Source: Macrostomum lignano
Taxonomy: Eukaryota
NCBI GenBank assembly: GCA_002269645.1
Contig: NIVC01001988.1
Span: 151,635 to 215,634 of the forward strand
Direction: 5' to 3'
DNA length: 64,000 bases
The translations under genes and the position numbers were made by a program. The notes below the pieces were generated by a model. It worked only from the letters and a program-made list of their open reading frames with translations, had not been told where the DNA came from and searched no databases. Positions 60,071 through 64,000 of this stretch are shown piece after piece (the first letter of the stretch is position 1; each line of letters begins with the position of its first letter).

Positions 60071-60812
60071 TGTGGTAGTGCTTCAATACTGTAATAATGT
60101 GGTAAGTGGGTGCCTCCCACTGAACTGTTTGAATTTTGTCCTATTTTTGGTCGTTAATTTGTTGTTCATCCCGGGTTTGGCCCTCCTATGTCCACCTTAA
60201 GGTGCTGCCCTGACGTCACCCTCCGTCATCTACCGCTCCCTGGTTCTGGCCCCCGCCCCCAGTTCTGGCCTTTGTGCCCCTTTATTTGTTCATTGTTAAT
60301 TTTGCCCATCTTCTCTATCTTAATCTTTGTTTGGCCCTAATTATGTCTGCAATGTCCATTTTAATTAACATTTATCCCTTTTTATGTTCGTTATGTGCCA
60401 CTGTATGGACTGTTCTATAGTATTTATAGCTTGATGTGAGCACCGTCAAAATAGTTGTCCTTTGTTTGTTTAGGTTTTGTTTGTTGCTATTCCTCCTTTA
60501 CATTTGAACTGTTAACTTCTTATGCCTTAATACTTGGATACCCAATTACTTGCAAGTTAATCAACAACTAATATTGTCTAATTTATAGTCGCCTTCGGCA
60601 CCGCCTTGCGTCTCGTAATATTTTTCACATTAGTAATAATTATCTACAACTTATCCTACTTTACTAATAAACAAATTCAACTTGTTACTTGTTGCTTATT
60701 TAAGACCATAGCTTATCTTTTAGAGTAATTTGCCCGTGGGGCATAAAATAACCCAGTCTCATCTCAAAGAAAGCTCTAAGACTTCTCAACATTCCGTAAT
60801 ACACAAATTACA
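60071..60812 (+). mobile_element. Putative LTR (element 3), flanked by PPT upstream and PBS downstream
   Basis: PPT AAGAGGAGAAA (60059-60069); TGT...ACA; PBS TGGTGGCAGCG at 60814-60824; CRE TGACGTCA inside. Confidence 0.62.
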
Positions 60813-61401
60813 GTGGTGGCAGCGCTACTCTACTGGAAGTAATCAGTCAAGCATTTGAGGTATATCAATTCGGTGTCCAAGGACCCTATCTGAACACTTG
60901 TGCCTAACGAAGACTGCTTGTCTACAACCAAACTACCCTCTACCCAGAATTGAGGACCCTGGCAGTCGGAGTACCAAGAGAAGTTTCGTTGAGATTTGTC
61001 TGTGCAATATTTCCAGATTTAATTCATGCAAATTCAACATTGGTGGCAATTCAAAATAAAACTGCCCCCTCATTGGTGTCAGCAAACTAGCTAAAATAGA
61101 TTTATTGCCAAATCCCTCACCCCCTTACTTTTCTTTCTCTGCCCCTACCTCAATAATATACAATTTCCTAGAAAACTGAATTTGGGCAAAATAAATATTT
61201 TGCACCATGTATTTTGTTTTACTACATGAAATATTTGGGGAAATATTTTTGTTATAAATGTATTAAGAAATCAAGGGTATATATAAGAGTGATTTTGCAA
61301 TAAATAAACTCTGTCTATTAACTGTGAACAAGTATTGCAAACAAAAATAAGCAGTTTAATCTATATATTTCAAAGTCTTTTGAGTTTAATAGTGACTTAT
61401 T

Positions 61402-62676
61402 CAGTGTTGGGCACTTCCGTTACGAGTAACTTGTAAATGGTAACGCAAGTTACTTTTTCGTAAAGCGTTCCTTACGCAAGTTACTTTCCTATTTTGGTAA
61501 CGGAGTAACAGTAAGTTACTCAAATTTCAGAAGTCCATTACAGTTACTTTGCAACAATCGCAATATTTAAATTTAAAACTGATATGCTTAGCTATTACTC
61601 CAGTTGTCACATTTTTAGCATTTTTCATTCCTAAATTCAAAACTAAGTGAATAATATCATACGGTATTACGCTGTAATTAATAAAGAAATACTTGAAACA
61701 TGTTTTTACTTTGTTATTTTCGGTAAAATATTTTTGCTTTTCATTTTTAAGTTAATAAAAATATTTTGTTTAGTTCTTAGAAACAAAAAACTAAAGAAAT
61801 AAATTCATCTGTAGTCTCCACAAATCTACTCAGTGATCGACGTAGCCAGGAATTTTAATTGGGGGGGGGGGCGGGTTGGCCTGGCTGGCCATGCCTCATG
61901 CCATTGCCACTTTTAGCGCCGCAGGCACTCATTTTAGTGCCGCAAGCACTTATTTAAGCACCGCAAGCACTCATTTAAGTGCCGCAGGCACTCATTTAAG
62001 CGCCGCAGGCACTCAATCGCCTCATGGTTTTTGGTACCCGCTACGCCCAACCTTACCCCCCCCCAGGTGGGATGTCTTGCAGGTAGGGTGAAGTTGCCAC
62101 CCCAACAATTGTTAAGGCGGCCTCCCTGGCTACACCACTAAAGTCCACTGGCACTGCACTGCACTGCACAATAATTTAATATTATGATAATAATTGAAAA
62201 TAAATAAAAAGACTAGTAAAGCAGACTATAGAGTGGAGTAAAGCCAGGTACTTATTACTAGCAATGTATTATTAAGGACAACTGAAGTTACGTTAAGTTG
62301 TCCTTGTGTATTATAACTTATAATGTTATTAAAAATTAAATTGCGTTTGCCTTTAACGTTTCTGACCTTCAGCTTCTTTTCTTTTTACGGAAAGGGCCTA
62401 AAGTGATTAAAATTTAATACAGTTACTGAAATTAATGTTGTTTTATTCTTCCTCCTGGCTTTCGCGATCATTTGTGCTGTTCCAGCGCATTTGCAATGTT
62501 AAAAAAGCAAAAAATTTTGTTAATAACATAGGTAACGGAAGTAAGTAACAGAAATAACTTAAAAGTTACCAGGTTTTTGTATAAAGTTACTAGGCTAACA
62601 TAAGTTACTTTTTAAAAAGTGGTAACTTAAGTTACAATAATGCAAGTTACTTTTTTGAGTAACTTGCCCAACACTG
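61402..62676. mobile_element. Non-autonomous hAT element
   Basis: 12-bp TIR CAGTGTTGGGCA; perfect 8-bp TSD GACTTATT (61394-61401, 62677-62684); subterminal GTAAC/GTTAC repeats. Confidence 0.92.
61831..62140. mobile_element. MITE nested in the hAT element
   Basis: Inverted ends (C)GTAGCCAGG / CCTGGCTACACCACT, poly-G, internal 21-bp repeat; TSD not resolved. Confidence 0.65.
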
Positions 62677-63842
62677 GACTTATTCATTTTAAAAAGACTG
62701 AGAAATGATTCTAAGAAATTTGCTAAGAAAGGGAATTGGGACTAATTCTTAGAGATATACTAAGAGAGGCGCCATGACCTTCTAGTCTCGGTAGATGCCC
62801 GATTAGGACTAACTAGGCCCCCTAACTCATGTACCAGTACTAGACCGCTTAGGCCATATATAAGATACTACCAGAGCTATACATAAGATGCTACCAGAGC
62901 CATACATAAGATGCTACCATAGCTATACATAAGACGCTACCAGCCAGAACATTACTAAGAACGCTACCCAAAAATATATGAGATTCAAACAAACAGTTAG
63001 GATTTAAAAAGGCAGAGCTTAAGCCCTATCACAGCCAGTACCAGCAGTAGGATATTTGTAAGGACAGGACCAAGAAGCCTATCACAATAGTAATATAGAC
63101 ACAACTGCCATGTCTTTAAGTGTGGTGTATTTTTTATCAAATGGTCAATTTACCACAAATAAAAATGAGACTAGAGTAGGCCTATAGACATTAGACTTAG
63201 ACATAGTCATAAACTATAGTCTATAGTAGTATAGAATAGGTAGGCCTAGCCACTTAGGCCTATGTTGAAGAAAATCTCAACAGAGTAAGCCCTAAATATT
63301 TCAATATTTAGTTAATTAGATCCATTTGATTTGAATAATAATTAGGAAATTATGCTAATAAACACCAAGCATGTAGGTGCTTTTTGAAATTTAAAAGCAC
63401 AATGTGCTTTTGCCTTTTTGCTTTTCATATCATAGAAATTATTATGACATGACAATTGACATGTTATATTTATAATACACTAATAGAGAGCAATGATCTG
63501 AATCTAACCTAGGTCTATCTATAATATATTTAGATCATCTAGGCTAAGTCACCAACTTCAGTAAGGTAATGTGGTCCACAAATCTGCATTCAAAAAAATG
63601 GTACTTTAAAAAGCTAAAGTCACAGGTCGCAAAGTCTTTGAAATCCACTTAGAAGATTTAAATGTCAAAGTCCGTCGTCGTCTTAGTTTTCGAAGTTAAT
63701 TTTTTTACATATAAAAACAAATCACTTTTTAGTTTACTTCCTGTTAAACTAACAAAATATTTAAAAAATAAAATTCGTATCTGAATTACAATATCGAATG
63801 CCTGAGTTAGCTTTGTTCATTTGTTTTAACGGGCTACCATGG

Positions 63843-64000
63843 TAGTACACACTTGGGCGACAAGACATCGGCGATGGACAATTCGGCGACAAGGACTTAT
63901 CATTCTTCATTATACATGTAGCTCGTGCGTAGGTTTTTCACCAAATGTCCACTATCGAGGTCGTTTAGTCGCCGATATGGCAAATTACTAGTACTGTCGC
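63843..64000. mobile_element. Short MULE-like MITE of the TTCGGCGAC family, truncated by the window end
   Basis: GGCGACAAG / TTCGGCGACAAG left repeats and GTCGCC right repeats, as in 55690-58789. Confidence 0.5.

Overview
Eukaryotic (metazoan) genomic DNA: GC-rich, intron-poor coding exons in AT-rich spacers, with introns packed with minisatellites. This style suggests a free-living flatworm such as Macrostomum (inference only). Host genes: DHFR, an AMPA-like ionotropic glutamate receptor, a 3-exon Set2/SETD2, a 2-exon BTB + Cys-rich protein, centrin-3 plus a decayed centrin duplicate, an Apple-like + LamG-type protein, a C-type lectin + Apple protein, and two multi-exon genes for secreted proteins built from divergent pacifastin-like domains (4 and 8 domains). 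Mobile DNA: tRNA-derived SINEs, RNase H-bearing LINEs (two insertions stacked in one (CAG)7 tract of a P-element-like transposase), a Tc1 remnant, a MULE-like element with 9-bp TSD carrying a Gypsy pol+LTR fragment, and a hAT MITE with 8-bp TSD and a nested MITE. Best novelty candidates: (1) two highly diverged copies of an 'inside-out' ORF-PPT-LTR-PBS(tRNA-Leu) unit that share a ~100-aa domain I do not recognise and show no gag/pol, plus clustered tRNA-Leu PBS copies; (2) the pacifastin-like family, showing a disulfide swap, symmetric phase-2 exon amplification and reactive-loop variation. Several single-base frameshifts may be assembly errors. All alignments were done by eye.
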